Of a stretch of DNA of 32,000 nucleotides, positions 9,660 to 21,208 are shown one piece after another. Origin of the DNA: Eikenella glucosivorans (GTDB taxonomy: Bacteria > Pseudomonadota > Gammaproteobacteria > Burkholderiales > Neisseriaceae); contig NZ_JACSGR010000007.1 in assembly GCF_016025525.2 (NCBI RefSeq), positions 208,679-240,678 on the forward strand, in the 5' to 3' direction. Both the position numbers and the translations under genes were made by a program. Each line of letters begins with the position of its first letter. Position 1 is the stretch's first letter. The notes beneath the pieces were generated by a model. It did no database searches. It was given only the letters and a program-made list of their open reading frames with translations, and was not told where the DNA came from.

Positions 9660-10502
9660 TCACTCCCCACCAGCGCGGATGTCTTGCAAAATCTGCTTTG
9701 CCTCCACGTCTCCTTGAGCTGCCGCTTTTTCAAACCACCCAACAGCTACTGTACGATTGGGCAACACACCATCCGCACCACGGTAATAAATCTTGCCCAG
9801 CATCACCTGTGCATCCTGATTACCCTGCGCTGCCGAGCGCTCAAACCACCGCATAGCCACACGCGTATCCGCCCGCACGCCCAAGCCCACCAAATACATC
9901 CGGCCGAGGTTGAACGCACCCGCACTCTCGCCTTGCGCCTCTGCCCTTTCAAACCATTGTTTGGCCAACGCATAATCCTGCGGCTTGCCCACCCCTTCCA
10001 AATACATCACACCCAAGCTAACTTGAGACACCGGATAACCCACTTGCGCCGCCCGCTCCTCCCATTCCACCGCCCGCTGCTCATCCTGCTTCACCCCCAA
10101 CCCGTGCCTGTAAATCGTTGCCAGAAACATCATGGCCGGCGGCATCCCGCGCGCAGCAGCCTTTTCAAACCATTGCCTGGCACGCGCATAATCCGGCCTG
10201 CCTGATTCAGGATGAAAATGCATCAAGCCCAAATGATACGGTGCCACAATATGCCCTTGCGATGATGCCACCTCATACCATTTCCGCGCTAGAGCAGCGT
10301 TCCGCACCACACCCAACCCATGCTCATAAGCCACGCCCAAAGTAAATTGGGCATTCATATCATCCCTTTCCGCCTGTTGCTGCAACACAGCAACGCCAAA
10401 ACCGCTTCCTCCTGCCGCCGCAGCCTCTCCACCCGGGCGCACATCAGCCCAAGTAAAACCATTTGCCGCCAGCAACATCGCCAACCAAATTCCTTTTTTC
10501 AT
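9660..10502 (-). CDS. Secreted Sel1-like repeat (SLR/TPR-like) protein
   Basis: Signal peptide MKKGIWLAMLLAANGFTWA. About 6-7 tandem repeats follow, of the form A..W(F/Y)E(K/R)AA.QG...A...LG.(M/I)Y..G.GV..D. I used the ATG at 10502 rather than the GTG at 10505. Confidence 0.85.
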   Translation of the reverse strand: MKKGIWLAMLLAANGFTWADVRPGGEAAAAGGSGFGVAVLQQQAERDDMNAQFTLGVAYEHGLGVVRNAALARKWYEVASSQGHIVAPYHLGLMHFHPESGRPDYARARQWFEKAAARGMPPAMMFLATIYRHGLGVKQDEQRAVEWEERAAQVGYPVSQVSLGVMYLEGVGKPQDYALAKQWFERAEAQGESAGAFNLGRMYLVGLGVRADTRVAMRWFERSAAQGNQDAQVMLGKIYYRGADGVLPNRTVAVGWFEKAAAQGDVEAKQILQDIRAGGE

Positions 10503-10534
10503 CACACCCCCTAAAACCCATTCCGCCTATCAAT

Positions 10535-10762
10535 AGGCTACCTGAAAATACCAGCTTCAATACAGCACGCATGCTCTTGCACGCATAGCCCCAATCGATA
10601 CCCCGATTTTTAGCCAGTCCCTGCCTGCAAGCAAGCCGCATACCACAAACCGGCCGCCCCCAGGCAACCTTTCAGGCTACCTGAAAAAACGCTTTCCGAT
10701 GAAGCCAAAATCCGGAGCACGGTTTTCAGGTAGCCTCTATCTTGTACAAAAGGCTACCTGAA
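10535..10762. repeat. Four DUS copies in the Sel1/rpoH intergenic region
   Basis: Perfect copies at 10535-10546 (+), 10674-10685 (+), 10725-10736 (-) and 10751-10762 (+). Confidence 0.9.
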
Positions 10763-10862
10763 AACTGAATCTTCACACAGTGCAGGCTTCGTTCCCAAAA
10801 AGCGGAAACGCAAATGCTTATGGCAGCTAAACGCGTGCCGCAGCAATCGCAAGCCGCTGGCC

Positions 10863-10893
10863 AATAAAAAGGCTGCCCCTTTCGGGCAGCCTT
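10863..10893 (-). terminator. Rho-independent terminator of rpoH
   Basis: The minus strand reads AAGGCTGCCC-GAAA-GGGGCAGCCTT followed by TTTTATT. It starts 20 nt after the rpoH stop. Confidence 0.75.
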
Positions 10894-10912
10894 CATTCTT
10901 CTGTCTGACAAC

Positions 10913-11764
10913 TTATTCTTCGCTCATAAAGCCGCGCAGCTTTTGGATGGCTTTGGCTTCAATCTGGCGGATGCGCTCGGCGGATACGCCATATTCGGCA
11001 GCCAGCTCGTGCAGGGTGAGCCCGCCGTCGTCTTGCAGCCAGCGGCTTTCCACGATGCGGCGGCTGCGGTCGTCGAGCTGGGCCAGTGCGTTTTGCAGGC
11101 CTTCGGTCTGCATGGCATAGCGGGCTTTTTGGGCGATCTGCTGAGTGGGCTCGTTGTGGTTGTCGGCCAGCCAGTCGATGGGAGCGTAGCCGTCGTCTTC
11201 GCCGTCGCTGTTATCGGCCAAGAGAGCAACGTCTTTGCCGGTCATGCGCTGTTCCATTTCCAACACTTCGTCCATTTTCACGCCCAAGTCGTCGGCAATG
11301 CTCTGCGCTTCTTCGGGCGAGAGGGCGTTCATGCTTTTGCGCATGCTGCGCAGGTTGAAAAACAGTTTGCGCTGCGGCTTGGTGGTGGCCACGCGCACCA
11401 TGCGCCAGTTGCGCAGGATAAATTCGTGGATTTCGGCCTTGATCCAGTGCACGGCAAAGGAAAACAGGCGGGCGCCGCGGTTGGGCTCATAGCGTTTCAC
11501 GGCTTTCATCAGGCCGATGTTGCCTTCCTGAATCAGGTCGGCCTGGTTCAAGCCGTAGCCATCGTAGCCGCGGGCAATGGACACCACCACGCGCAGGTGC
11601 GACAAAATCAGTTGCTTGGCGGCTTCCAAGTCGCCTTGCAGCTGGCGCACGGCCAGATTGTGTTCTTCCTCGGGGGTGAGCAGCGGGATGCTGTTCACGG
11701 TGTGAATATATTGCTCCAGGCTGCCGTGGCCGCTGGGGATGGGTAAGGCAAAAGCGGTATTCAT
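10913..11764 (-). CDS. rpoH: RNA polymerase heat-shock sigma factor sigma-32
   Basis: 283 aa from the ATG at 11764. It contains the RpoH box QRKLFFNLR and sigma70 regions 2 to 4. The ORF-track N-terminal extension (to 11860) is Lys-rich leader sequence. Confidence 0.95.
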   Translation of the reverse strand: MNTAFALPIPSGHGSLEQYIHTVNSIPLLTPEEEHNLAVRQLQGDLEAAKQLILSHLRVVVSIARGYDGYGLNQADLIQEGNIGLMKAVKRYEPNRGARLFSFAVHWIKAEIHEFILRNWRMVRVATTKPQRKLFFNLRSMRKSMNALSPEEAQSIADDLGVKMDEVLEMEQRMTGKDVALLADNSDGEDDGYAPIDWLADNHNEPTQQIAQKARYAMQTEGLQNALAQLDDRSRRIVESRWLQDDGGLTLHELAAEYGVSAERIRQIEAKAIQKLRGFMSEE

Positions 11765-11965
11765 TATTTCTTGTTTCCTTTTTAATTTGTTCTTTTTTTT
11801 GCCGCCACTTGGGCGGATTATTCTTTGCTCTATCTTTTCTCTGAGGGTGCCATTAAACACCTTTTTATGTGAGTTTGCTTTATTGATAGGTAAATTTTTG
11901 TATTTTTCTGAATTTGATTTATTTTCTATATTGCAACAAGCTGCGGCAACTTCGCCTATCCGCGT

Positions 11966-13615
11966 TTATTCTCCGCTATCCGCTGCTTCATGCGCTTCCT
12001 CCGCTGCTTCGCTTTCTGCCGGCAGTTTTGCTTCCCCGCCTTTTTTCGCTGCCGACAAATAGCCGGCCAGCAGCATGACCACGGCCACGCACAGCAAGCC
12101 GTAGATTAACGGCAGCGAGCCGTCCATCTTCATATACGGGGTTTCGCCGCGATAACCTTCAATGCTGCCTTCAAGCACGGTGCGGGTGTCGGCCGGGGCA
12201 AGTTTCACAATTCGGCCTTGCGGGTTGATGATGGCGGTGGCGCCGGTGTTGGTGGCGCGCACCATGTAGCGGCCGAGCTCCAGCGCACGGGTTTGCGATT
12301 GCTGCAAGTGCTGATACATGGCGGTGGAGCGGCCGTACCAGGCCATATTGCTCACATTAGCCAGCAGGCTGGCGCGTTTGGCGGAGGCAATCAGCTCGTC
12401 GCCGAAGCCGTCTTCGTAGCACACGTTGAAGGCAACACGCTGGTTGGCGAGCAAAAGCGGAGCTTGGGCGCTGCCGCCCTGGCTGAAGCCGGCCAGCGGC
12501 ATATTCATCATGCGGTAGAGCGGCTCGGTGAGGGCGGGCAGGGGCTTGTATTCGCCGAAGGGGACGAGGTGGTTTTTAGCGTAGAACGGGATATCGTCGG
12601 GCCGGTCGGGATGGAAGTTGCTCAGGTTGATGACAGCATTCAGGTAGCCTGTGCCCTGCTGGTTGTATTGGGCGATGCCCATGGCTAGGGCGCTGCCGTT
12701 GCGCTGGGCTTCGTAGGCGAATTGGTCGAGGACGCCGGGGTGGTATTCCTGCAAATCCTGCCGCATGATGGGGAGGGAGGTTTCGGGCAGGATGGTGATG
12801 TCGGCCTGGCTGTTGGCCACCTGCTCGTAGTAGTTTTGCATAATGGTGCCCAGCTGTTCGGGCTCCCATTTCAGGCTTTGCGCCACGTTGCCCTGCGCCA
12901 GCGCCACGGTGGCGCTGCTGCCGTCTGGCTCGGTAAAACGCGCTTGACGCAGCTGCCAGCCGCTAGCCAGCACGCCAATCAGCAGCAACACGGGCAGCAC
13001 ACGCCACCGCCAGCCCTGATTATGCACGGCCAGCACCAGCCATGCGCCGCAACAGGCACACAACAGCGTGAGCAGGTGCAGCCCGCCTATCGGTGCATAG
13101 CCGGCCAGCGGGGAATAATCGGCCACCTGGCTGTAACCCAGCGCGCCCCAGCCAAAGCCGGTGATCGCCCGTTCGCGCGCAAACTCGGTGAGCGTCCACA
13201 GCACGGGCAGCAGCAGGCCGATGCGCCAGCCGCGCGGCAGGCGTGCTTTTTCCAGCAGCCAGAAACAGGCGGCGGGATAGAGCGCAAGATAAGCGGGGAG
13301 CAGCAGGGTGAGCGGCAGGGCGTAGAGATTAGGCAGGCCGGATACGTCGTGCAGCGCGGTGTGGATCCAATAAAACTGCGCCGTGTAGCCCGCCAACCCG
13401 AAGCAATAGGCGCTGGACACGCTGTTTTGCGGGCGCAGCTCGATCAGCCGGATGAGCGCGCCGAACAACAGCGGCATCAGCCAGAAATGGTAATACGGGG
13501 CAAAGGCCAGCGGCGTGCTCGCGGCCAACAGCAGCAGCACGGGCCAATACACATAACGCCGGCTAAAAAAAGCCTCAAGTTTTGCAACCCAATTCATGTT
13601 TTCAGGTAGCCTCAT
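11966..13615 (-). CDS. lnt: Apolipoprotein N-acyltransferase
   Basis: - Polytopic N-terminal membrane domain.
- CN-hydrolase domain with ILPETS (Glu) and NVCYEDGFG (Cys).
- The start is uncertain: the ATG at 13615 overlaps a DUS, and the ATG at 13597 is an alternative.
- An in-frame DUS lies at 12649-12660.
- The C-terminal tail is acidic. Confidence 0.9.
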   Translation of the reverse strand: MRLPENMNWVAKLEAFFSRRYVYWPVLLLLAASTPLAFAPYYHFWLMPLLFGALIRLIELRPQNSVSSAYCFGLAGYTAQFYWIHTALHDVSGLPNLYALPLTLLLPAYLALYPAACFWLLEKARLPRGWRIGLLLPVLWTLTEFARERAITGFGWGALGYSQVADYSPLAGYAPIGGLHLLTLLCACCGAWLVLAVHNQGWRWRVLPVLLLIGVLASGWQLRQARFTEPDGSSATVALAQGNVAQSLKWEPEQLGTIMQNYYEQVANSQADITILPETSLPIMRQDLQEYHPGVLDQFAYEAQRNGSALAMGIAQYNQQGTGYLNAVINLSNFHPDRPDDIPFYAKNHLVPFGEYKPLPALTEPLYRMMNMPLAGFSQGGSAQAPLLLANQRVAFNVCYEDGFGDELIASAKRASLLANVSNMAWYGRSTAMYQHLQQSQTRALELGRYMVRATNTGATAIINPQGRIVKLAPADTRTVLEGSIEGYRGETPYMKMDGSLPLIYGLLCVAVVMLLAGYLSAAKKGGEAKLPAESEAAEEAHEAADSGE

Positions 13616-13628
13616 AAAGACGCGCTAT

Positions 13629-13786
13629 TATAGTGGATTCAGGCAGCGGGAAGAGAGAAAAATCCGATCGGGGCGATTGTGCCGGCGGCACCGCGAATAC
13701 AGTGCAGCGAGTTCTGCTGCCCGCTTAATCGAATTAAACTGTAAGCAGGCAAAGCAGCGTAGCCTGCCGAAAATCAATCTACTATT
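13629..13786. repeat. Possible Correia-like (CREE-like) miniature inverted-repeat element
   Basis: The left end TATAGTGGATT (13629-13639) matches the first 11 nt of the Neisseria Correia terminal repeat as I remember it. The right end AATCTACTATT (13776-13786) is its imperfect inverted copy (9/11). The 158-bp span equals the size of a full-length Correia element. Confidence 0.3.
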
Positions 13787-13787
13787 T

Positions 13788-13823
13788 TTCAGGTAGCCTC
13801 TACCGAGCTAAAGGCTACCTGAA
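13788..13823. repeat. Inverted DUS pair (reverse order)
   Basis: TTCAGGTAGCCT at 13788-13799 and AGGCTACCTGAA at 13812-13823. A further copy at 13601-13612 overlaps the lnt start region. Confidence 0.9.
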
Positions 13824-13967
13824 AAATATTCGGGCAAAATAAGCCGCGTTTTCAAACAAAAAAACGCTCACAAGTTCGTCGGCACCTTGCGCCGCCGCCG
13901 CCGACAGAGTACCCTTCGCCCGCTTCCCCCATCCGCCGGCCACCGGCATTTTCAAACAGAACCAACC

Positions 13968-14486
13968 ATGCCCCACCCCCACCGCCGCGCCGTATACGCC
14001 GGCAGCTTCGACCCGCCCACCAACGGCCACCTGTGGATGATCCGCCGCGCACAGGCCATGTTCGACGAACTCGTTGTTGCCATCGGCACCAATCCCGACA
14101 AACAGGCCACCTACACCCTGGAAGAACGCACCGCCATGCTGCGCGACATCACCGCCGAATTTCCCAATGTGCGCATCAGCCAGTTCCATAACCGCTTTCT
14201 GGTCGATTTTGCCGATAGTATCCGAGCCGATTTCGTGATACGCGGCATCCGCAGCGGATCCGACTACGAATACGAACGTGCCATGCGCTACATCAACGCC
14301 GATTTGCAGCCCGACATCACCACCGTGATCCTGATGCCGCCGCGCGAATTTGCCGAAGTGTCTTCCACCATGGTCAAAGGCATGGTCGGCCCGCAAAACT
14401 GGCAAAAAACCATCCGCCGCTACGTACCCGAAGCCGTGTACCGCAAAATCCTCGCCGATCACGGCTGCGAGCCGGAAGATAATTAA
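13968..14486 (+). CDS. coaD: Phosphopantetheine adenylyltransferase
   Basis: 172 aa from the ATG at 13968, with the [14 protein letters not shown] nucleotidyltransferase motif. The ORF-track upstream extension is Arg-rich junk. Confidence 0.95.
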   Translation: MPHPHRRAVYAGSFDPPTNGHLWMIRRAQAMFDELVVAIGTNPDKQATYTLEERTAMLRDITAEFPNVRISQFHNRFLVDFADSIRADFVIRGIRSGSDYEYERAMRYINADLQPDITTVILMPPREFAEVSSTMVKGMVGPQNWQKTIRRYVPEAVYRKILADHGCEPEDN

Positions 14487-14502
14487 GCTTTCCCCACCGC
14501 TC

Positions 14503-14553
14503 AGGCTACCTGAAAAATCTTGCCGAAGCAGCCCCTGTTTTTTCAGGTAGCCC
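14503..14553. repeat. Inverted DUS pair (second arm imperfect) after coaD
   Basis: AGGCTACCTGAA at 14503-14514 and TTCAGGTAGCCC at 14542-14553 (last base differs). Confidence 0.85.
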
Positions 14554-14564
14554 GAACAGCTAAT

Positions 14565-14605
14565 CCGAAAAACAATAAAGCACGATCAACTCGTGCTTTA
14601 TTCGT
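14565..14605 (-). terminator. Rho-independent terminator of the atp operon (possibly bidirectional with coaD)
   Basis: AAAGCACGA (14577-14585), a 5-nt loop, then TCGTGCTTT (14591-14599). The minus strand continues ATTGTTTTT. It lies about 20 nt past the atpC stop. Confidence 0.7.
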
Positions 14606-14621
14606 CTTTCGTTTGACTGCG

Positions 14622-15047
14622 CTAATGTTTCTTGTGTAAGCGCAGATAATCGAGCGTTTTCAGTTCGGCAATTGCCAGCGCCAGTGCCGCTTGGGCTTTG
14701 GCCAAGGCTTCATCGTCTTTGGCTTGAGCCACGCTGGCCTCGGCCGCTTTCCGCGCCTCTTCCGCCCGCGCCTGATCCAACTCGGCACTGCGCACGGCCA
14801 CGTCGGCCAAAATCATGATCTTATCCGGCTGCACTTCCAAAATACCGCCAGAAATGGCCACCAGCACTTCGTCTTCCTGGTCCGGAACTTGCAGGCGTAA
14901 CGTGCCAGGGCGTACCAAGCTCATAATCGGCTCGTGGCGCGGCAGGATACCGAGCTCGCCGTTCAGCGTCGGCACCACAGCAAACTTCACCTGGCCGGAA
15001 TAAATATTCTGCTCGTTGCTGACCACATCAATCTGCATGACATCCAT
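14622..15047 (-). CDS. atpC: F1 ATP synthase epsilon subunit
   Basis: 141 aa, MDVMQIDVVSNEQNIYSGQ...HEP. It is the last gene of the atp operon. Confidence 0.95.
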   Translation of the reverse strand: MDVMQIDVVSNEQNIYSGQVKFAVVPTLNGELGILPRHEPIMSLVRPGTLRLQVPDQEDEVLVAISGGILEVQPDKIMILADVAVRSAELDQARAEEARKAAEASVAQAKDDEALAKAQAALALAIAELKTLDYLRLHKKH

Positions 15048-15057
15048 GCTGCGTTCC

Positions 15058-16455
<1,398 letters not shown>

Positions 16456-16492
16456 TTATCTATATCCTAAAATTTCAAATCTACCTGTTGCA

Positions 16493-17374
16493 TCAAACGG
16501 CGGCTGCACCGGCTACAATCTCTGATAGTTCCGTAGTAATTGCAGCCTGACGAGATTTGTTATAAATCAGGCGCAATTCTTTAATTGCATTACTTGCGTT
16601 ATCCGTAGCAGCTTTCATCGCCACCATGCGCGCAGACTGTTCAGAAGCCATGTTTTCACACAAAGCCTGATAAACCACTGACTCCAAATATCGGCGCACT
16701 AAATATTCCAATACGGCAATCGGAGAAGGTTCGTAGATATATTCACGGCCATATTCTTCATCTTCCGATATTTCGTTTAGCACATTATGACCGATCGGCA
16801 GCAGCATCTCCACATTCGGCTCTTGGCGCATGGTATTGATAAATCTTGAATATACCAAGTGCACCACATCCAAACCGCCATCGGCATAGCGTTGGAACAC
16901 TTCCGTAAGAGAACCCAGCAATACTTCCATCTTAGGAGTATCACCAAGATTGACCGCACTGGCTACCACATTAAGCCCAGCACGATTACAGGTAGCCAAA
17001 CCTTTGCTGCCAAAGCAAACTACCTCCACTTCAACGCCCTGCTGCTGGTATTCTTGAACTTTCAACAGAAATTTTTTCAGTAGATTGGCATTCAACCCAC
17101 CGCACAAGCCTTTATCGGTCGTAATCAGAATAAAACCGGCTCGCCGAATATTACTCTCCCGGCTTTCCAGTATTGGCAGCTGTTTATGCTCGGTTTCAAC
17201 TTGTGCCAAGTGGCTCATCACTACCCGGACTTTTTCTGCATAAGGGCGTGCTAAACGCATCCTATCCTGCGTTTTCCGCATTTTGGAAGTCGATACCATC
17301 TGCATGGCTTTGGTAATCTTCTGTGTATTTTGTACACTGCGGATTTTCGTGAGAATCTCTTTCCCTACTGCCAT
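16493..17374 (-). CDS. atpG: F1 ATP synthase gamma subunit
   Basis: 293 aa. N-terminus KEILTKIRSVQNTQKITKAMQMVSTSKMRK and C-terminus ITTELSEIVAGAAAV. Confidence 0.96.
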   Translation of the reverse strand: MAVGKEILTKIRSVQNTQKITKAMQMVSTSKMRKTQDRMRLARPYAEKVRVVMSHLAQVETEHKQLPILESRESNIRRAGFILITTDKGLCGGLNANLLKKFLLKVQEYQQQGVEVEVVCFGSKGLATCNRAGLNVVASAVNLGDTPKMEVLLGSLTEVFQRYADGGLDVVHLVYSRFINTMRQEPNVEMLLPIGHNVLNEISEDEEYGREYIYEPSPIAVLEYLVRRYLESVVYQALCENMASEQSARMVAMKAATDNASNAIKELRLIYNKSRQAAITTELSEIVAGAAAV

Positions 17375-17397
17375 TTCAGATTTTTCCTTTACACGCC

Positions 17398-18945
17398 TTA
17401 AGCCGTATAGCTGCGAGATGTTTTGAACGTATTAATTGCATCAGTCAAAACTTGCTCGTTTTCTTCACTCATCACACCGGTTTGGTTGATCTGATTTAAT
17501 ACATCCGCATGCTGAGTACGCACGTAACCCAAGAAATCAGATTCAAACGCCAATGCTTTGGATACAGGGATATCTTCGTATGAACCTTTGTTGATTGCCC
17601 ACAAGGTTAAGGCCATTTCAGCAATACTCATGGTGCTGAATTGTTTTTGTTTCATCAATTCAGTTACCACTTCACCGTGCTGCAATTGCTTGCGGGTAGC
17701 CTCATCCAAATCAGAAGCAAACTGAGAGAATGCAGCCAATTCGCGATATTGGGCCAAAGCCAAACGAATACCACCACCCAATTTCTTGATGACCTTGGTT
17801 TGAGCCGAACCGCCTACGCGTGATACAGAAATACCGGCGTTAATCGCAGGACGGATACCGGAGTTGAACAAGTCGGTTTCTAAGAAAATCTGACCATCAG
17901 TAATAGAAATCACGTTGGTCGGCACAAATGCAGACACGTCACCTGCCTGGGTTTCGATAATCGGCAATGCCGTTAATGAACCTGTCTTACCTTTAACTTC
18001 GCCGTTAGTCAATTTTTCCACTTCGGCAGCATTGATACGAGCTGCGCGTTCCAACAAACGACTATGCAAATAGAACACGTCACCCGGATACGCTTCACGG
18101 CCTGGAGGACGACGGAGCAACAAAGAAATCTGACGATATGCCACAGCCTGCTTGGATAGATCGTCATACACAATCAGAGCATCTTCACCACGATCGCGGA
18201 AATATTCGCCCATCGTACAACCGGAATATGGAGCGATAAATTGCAATGCGGCAGCCTCGGAGGCCGTAGCAGCCACCACAATAGTGTACTCCATTGCGCC
18301 ATGCTCTTCCAGTTTACGCACAACGTTGGCAATAGAAGAAGCTTTCTGTCCTACTGCCACATAAATACAAATAACACCAGTGCCTTTTTGATTGACAATC
18401 GCATCTAATGCAACTGCAGTCTTACCAGTTTGACGGTCACCAATGATCAACTCTCGTTGACCACGACCAATTGGAACCATAGAGTCCACAGACTTCAAAC
18501 CAGTCTGCATAGGCTGATCCACAGACTGACGAGCAATCACCCCGGGAGCAATTTTTTCAATCGGCGCAGTTTCTTTTGCATCGATCGGTCCTTTGCCATC
18601 AATTGGCTGACCCAATGCATTTACCACACGACCAACCAATTCCCGGCCAACTGGCACTTCCAAAATACGACCGGTACATTTAACCTGATCGCCTTCCTTG
18701 ATGTGCTCATATTCACCCAACACAATTGCGCCGACTGAATCGCGTTCCAAGTTCATGGCCAAGCCAAACGTATTGCCAGGAAATTCCAGCATCTCCCCCT
18801 GCATCACATCTGACAGCCCATGCACGCGCACAATACCGTCAGTTACAGAAATCACACCACCATACGTGTTTGCTTCCTGTTTTGTATTCAGGTTCTCAAT
18901 TTTGGATTTCAACAACTCACTGATTTCAGCAGGATTAAGCTGCAT
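17398..18945 (-). CDS. atpA: F1 ATP synthase alpha subunit
   Basis: 515 aa, with Walker A GDRQTGKT and a conserved alpha-subunit body. Confidence 0.98.
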   Translation of the reverse strand: MQLNPAEISELLKSKIENLNTKQEANTYGGVISVTDGIVRVHGLSDVMQGEMLEFPGNTFGLAMNLERDSVGAIVLGEYEHIKEGDQVKCTGRILEVPVGRELVGRVVNALGQPIDGKGPIDAKETAPIEKIAPGVIARQSVDQPMQTGLKSVDSMVPIGRGQRELIIGDRQTGKTAVALDAIVNQKGTGVICIYVAVGQKASSIANVVRKLEEHGAMEYTIVVAATASEAAALQFIAPYSGCTMGEYFRDRGEDALIVYDDLSKQAVAYRQISLLLRRPPGREAYPGDVFYLHSRLLERAARINAAEVEKLTNGEVKGKTGSLTALPIIETQAGDVSAFVPTNVISITDGQIFLETDLFNSGIRPAINAGISVSRVGGSAQTKVIKKLGGGIRLALAQYRELAAFSQFASDLDEATRKQLQHGEVVTELMKQKQFSTMSIAEMALTLWAINKGSYEDIPVSKALAFESDFLGYVRTQHADVLNQINQTGVMSEENEQVLTDAINTFKTSRSYTA

Positions 18946-18954
18946 GAAACTCTC

Positions 18955-19500
18955 CTAATTTACCATTGCCGCATATAGGTTTTTTAATTTACCCTGTACG
19001 GACAAATCTAAGACTTTATCTCCAACTTCGATCTTGATGCCACCGATTAGCTCAGGAACAATTTCCAGCGTAGCTTCTAGCTTACAACCAAATTTCTGCT
19101 GGCAATCACTCACTACCTTGGCAAACTGACCTTCGCTCATTGGGAAAGCGCTATAAACAACTGCCTTCTGAATATGATCCCTAGATAGCAGAAATTCTTG
19201 GTATTGGGCACAAATATCCGGCAAAACCATCAACCGCCCACCTTCTGCCAGCACATACAGGAAATTCTTAAACTCTGTATATTGCGGTGTATGAATGCTT
19301 TCCAGCAAACCAATCAGAGTATCTGCCTTAACCGAGGAAGCTACTCCCGCATCTTCAATAAACGTAGCAAGTTTAGGCTGACTGACAGCCCAAGACAGTT
19401 CCGTCAGCTTTTCTAACCACGCTTCAACATGCCCTTTCTCAGCAGCTAATTCAAATAATGCTTTTGCATACGGCCTAGCAATAGTGGCAAGTTCGGCCAT
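18955..19500 (-). CDS. atpH: F1 ATP synthase delta (OSCP) subunit
   Basis: 181 aa with N-terminus ATIARPYAKALFELA. It lies between atpF and atpA. Confidence 0.93.
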   Translation of the reverse strand: MAELATIARPYAKALFELAAEKGHVEAWLEKLTELSWAVSQPKLATFIEDAGVASSVKADTLIGLLESIHTPQYTEFKNFLYVLAEGGRLMVLPDICAQYQEFLLSRDHIQKAVVYSAFPMSEGQFAKVVSDCQQKFGCKLEATLEIVPELIGGIKIEVGDKVLDLSVQGKLKNLYAAMVN

Positions 19501-19504
19501 GATC

Positions 19505-19975
19505 CTACAGCTCCTGCTTCAACATACCCAAAAGCTGGGCATGTTTATCGGCATTAATCTCACTGCATAGAATCTGTTCCGCACCTTTAACAGCCAGCGC
19601 AGCCACTTGCTCACGCAAAGCCTCACGAGCTCGATTGAATTCTTGCTCGACATCAGCCTTAGACTGAGCTGCAATGCGGGCAGCCTCAACAGAAGCTTGC
19701 TTTTTCGCCTCCTCTACAATTTGAGAAGCGCGTTTTTCCGCATTAGCGATAATCTCAGCTACCTGCCCACGCCCATCAGCCATGATTTCAGCAACCTTTT
19801 TTTCAGCCTGCTCGAAATCATGCTTACCTCGCTCGGCTGCAGCCAATCCTTCAGCAATCTTACTGGCACGCTCATCCAGCGCCTTTGCAATGGGTGGCCA
19901 CACGAATTTCACCGTGAACCACACCAACAGGCAAAAGACGATTATCTGTATGATTAAAGCTGAATTAATATTCAC
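19505..19975 (-). CDS. atpF: Fo ATP synthase b subunit
   Basis: The GTG start at 19975 gives [14 protein letters not shown]..., which matches the usual Neisseriaceae b-subunit N-terminus. The ORF track begins 9 nt earlier at a TTG. The protein has one TM helix and a long charged helix. Confidence 0.9.
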   Translation of the reverse strand: MNINSALIIQIIVFCLLVWFTVKFVWPPIAKALDERASKIAEGLAAAERGKHDFEQAEKKVAEIMADGRGQVAEIIANAEKRASQIVEEAKKQASVEAARIAAQSKADVEQEFNRAREALREQVAALAVKGAEQILCSEINADKHAQLLGMLKQEL

Positions 19976-20029
19976 TTTATTCAACCTTCACAGTTAGGGT
20001 TAAAACAAACGTCAAAAGTTTGTGTAATC

Positions 20030-20308
<279 letters not shown>

Positions 20309-20338
20309 TTAAAAATACAACTACGAAAAACCATAAAA

Positions 20339-21208
20339 CTAATGAGAACTGTGCGCCTGCCCGATATACACAAAAGCCAACGCAACGAAAATAAACGCCT
20401 GCAACACGATAACCAAGATATGGAACACCGCCCACACAAATCCGGCCAAGATATGGAAGAACGCTAATACCGGATCTACCCAAGTTACAGCTTCACCGGG
20501 CATTGCCCAAGCACCGCCCAACATGGCAATCAGGAGAAATACCAGCTCACCGGCATACATATTACCGAATAGTCGCATACCGTGAGAAATGGTTTTGGAA
20601 GAAAACTCAACCAAGTTTAAGATAAAGTTAAACGGCGCCAGCCAAATACCAAAAGGAGCAGCAAATAGTTCATGAATCCAGCCGCCCAATCCTTTAAGCT
20701 TGATATTGAACATAAAGCAGGTGAGTAACACACCGATAGACATCCCCAAAGTAATGTTCAAATCAGCAGTCGGCACCACGCGCAACAACGCATGATGATT
20801 ACCTGTAATATGTTGCCAAATCCACGGCAGCAAATCCACCGGCAGCAAATCCATGGTATTCATCAGCACAATCCACACAAACAGCGCCAAACCAAGCGGA
20901 GCCACCGTTTTACGGGATTGCTCATTATGAATCATACCCTTGCACAAGTTATCAATAAACTCAAACAAGATCTCGATCGCAGCCTGAAAGCGCCCTGGCA
21001 CACCAGGTGTTACCTTACGTGCAGCATACCACATCACCAGCGAACCAATGACAGCCAAAACGGTCGCAATAAAAAGGGAATCTAAATTGACAAACGAGAA
21101 GTCGGCAATATTTTGCAGACCCTGCCCCTTGCTCACATCCGACAAACTGGTCAAGCTTTGCAAATGGTGCTTGATGTAGTCGGCTGCGCTCATGCTTTCA
21201 CTGGCCAT
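20339..21208 (-). CDS. atpB: Fo ATP synthase a subunit
   Basis: 289-aa polytopic protein with the conserved LRLFGNMYAGE-type motif (MRLFGNMYAGE). Confidence 0.96.
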   Translation of the reverse strand: MASESMSAADYIKHHLQSLTSLSDVSKGQGLQNIADFSFVNLDSLFIATVLAVIGSLVMWYAARKVTPGVPGRFQAAIEILFEFIDNLCKGMIHNEQSRKTVAPLGLALFVWIVLMNTMDLLPVDLLPWIWQHITGNHHALLRVVPTADLNITLGMSIGVLLTCFMFNIKLKGLGGWIHELFAAPFGIWLAPFNFILNLVEFSSKTISHGMRLFGNMYAGELVFLLIAMLGGAWAMPGEAVTWVDPVLAFFHILAGFVWAVFHILVIVLQAFIFVALAFVYIGQAHSSH

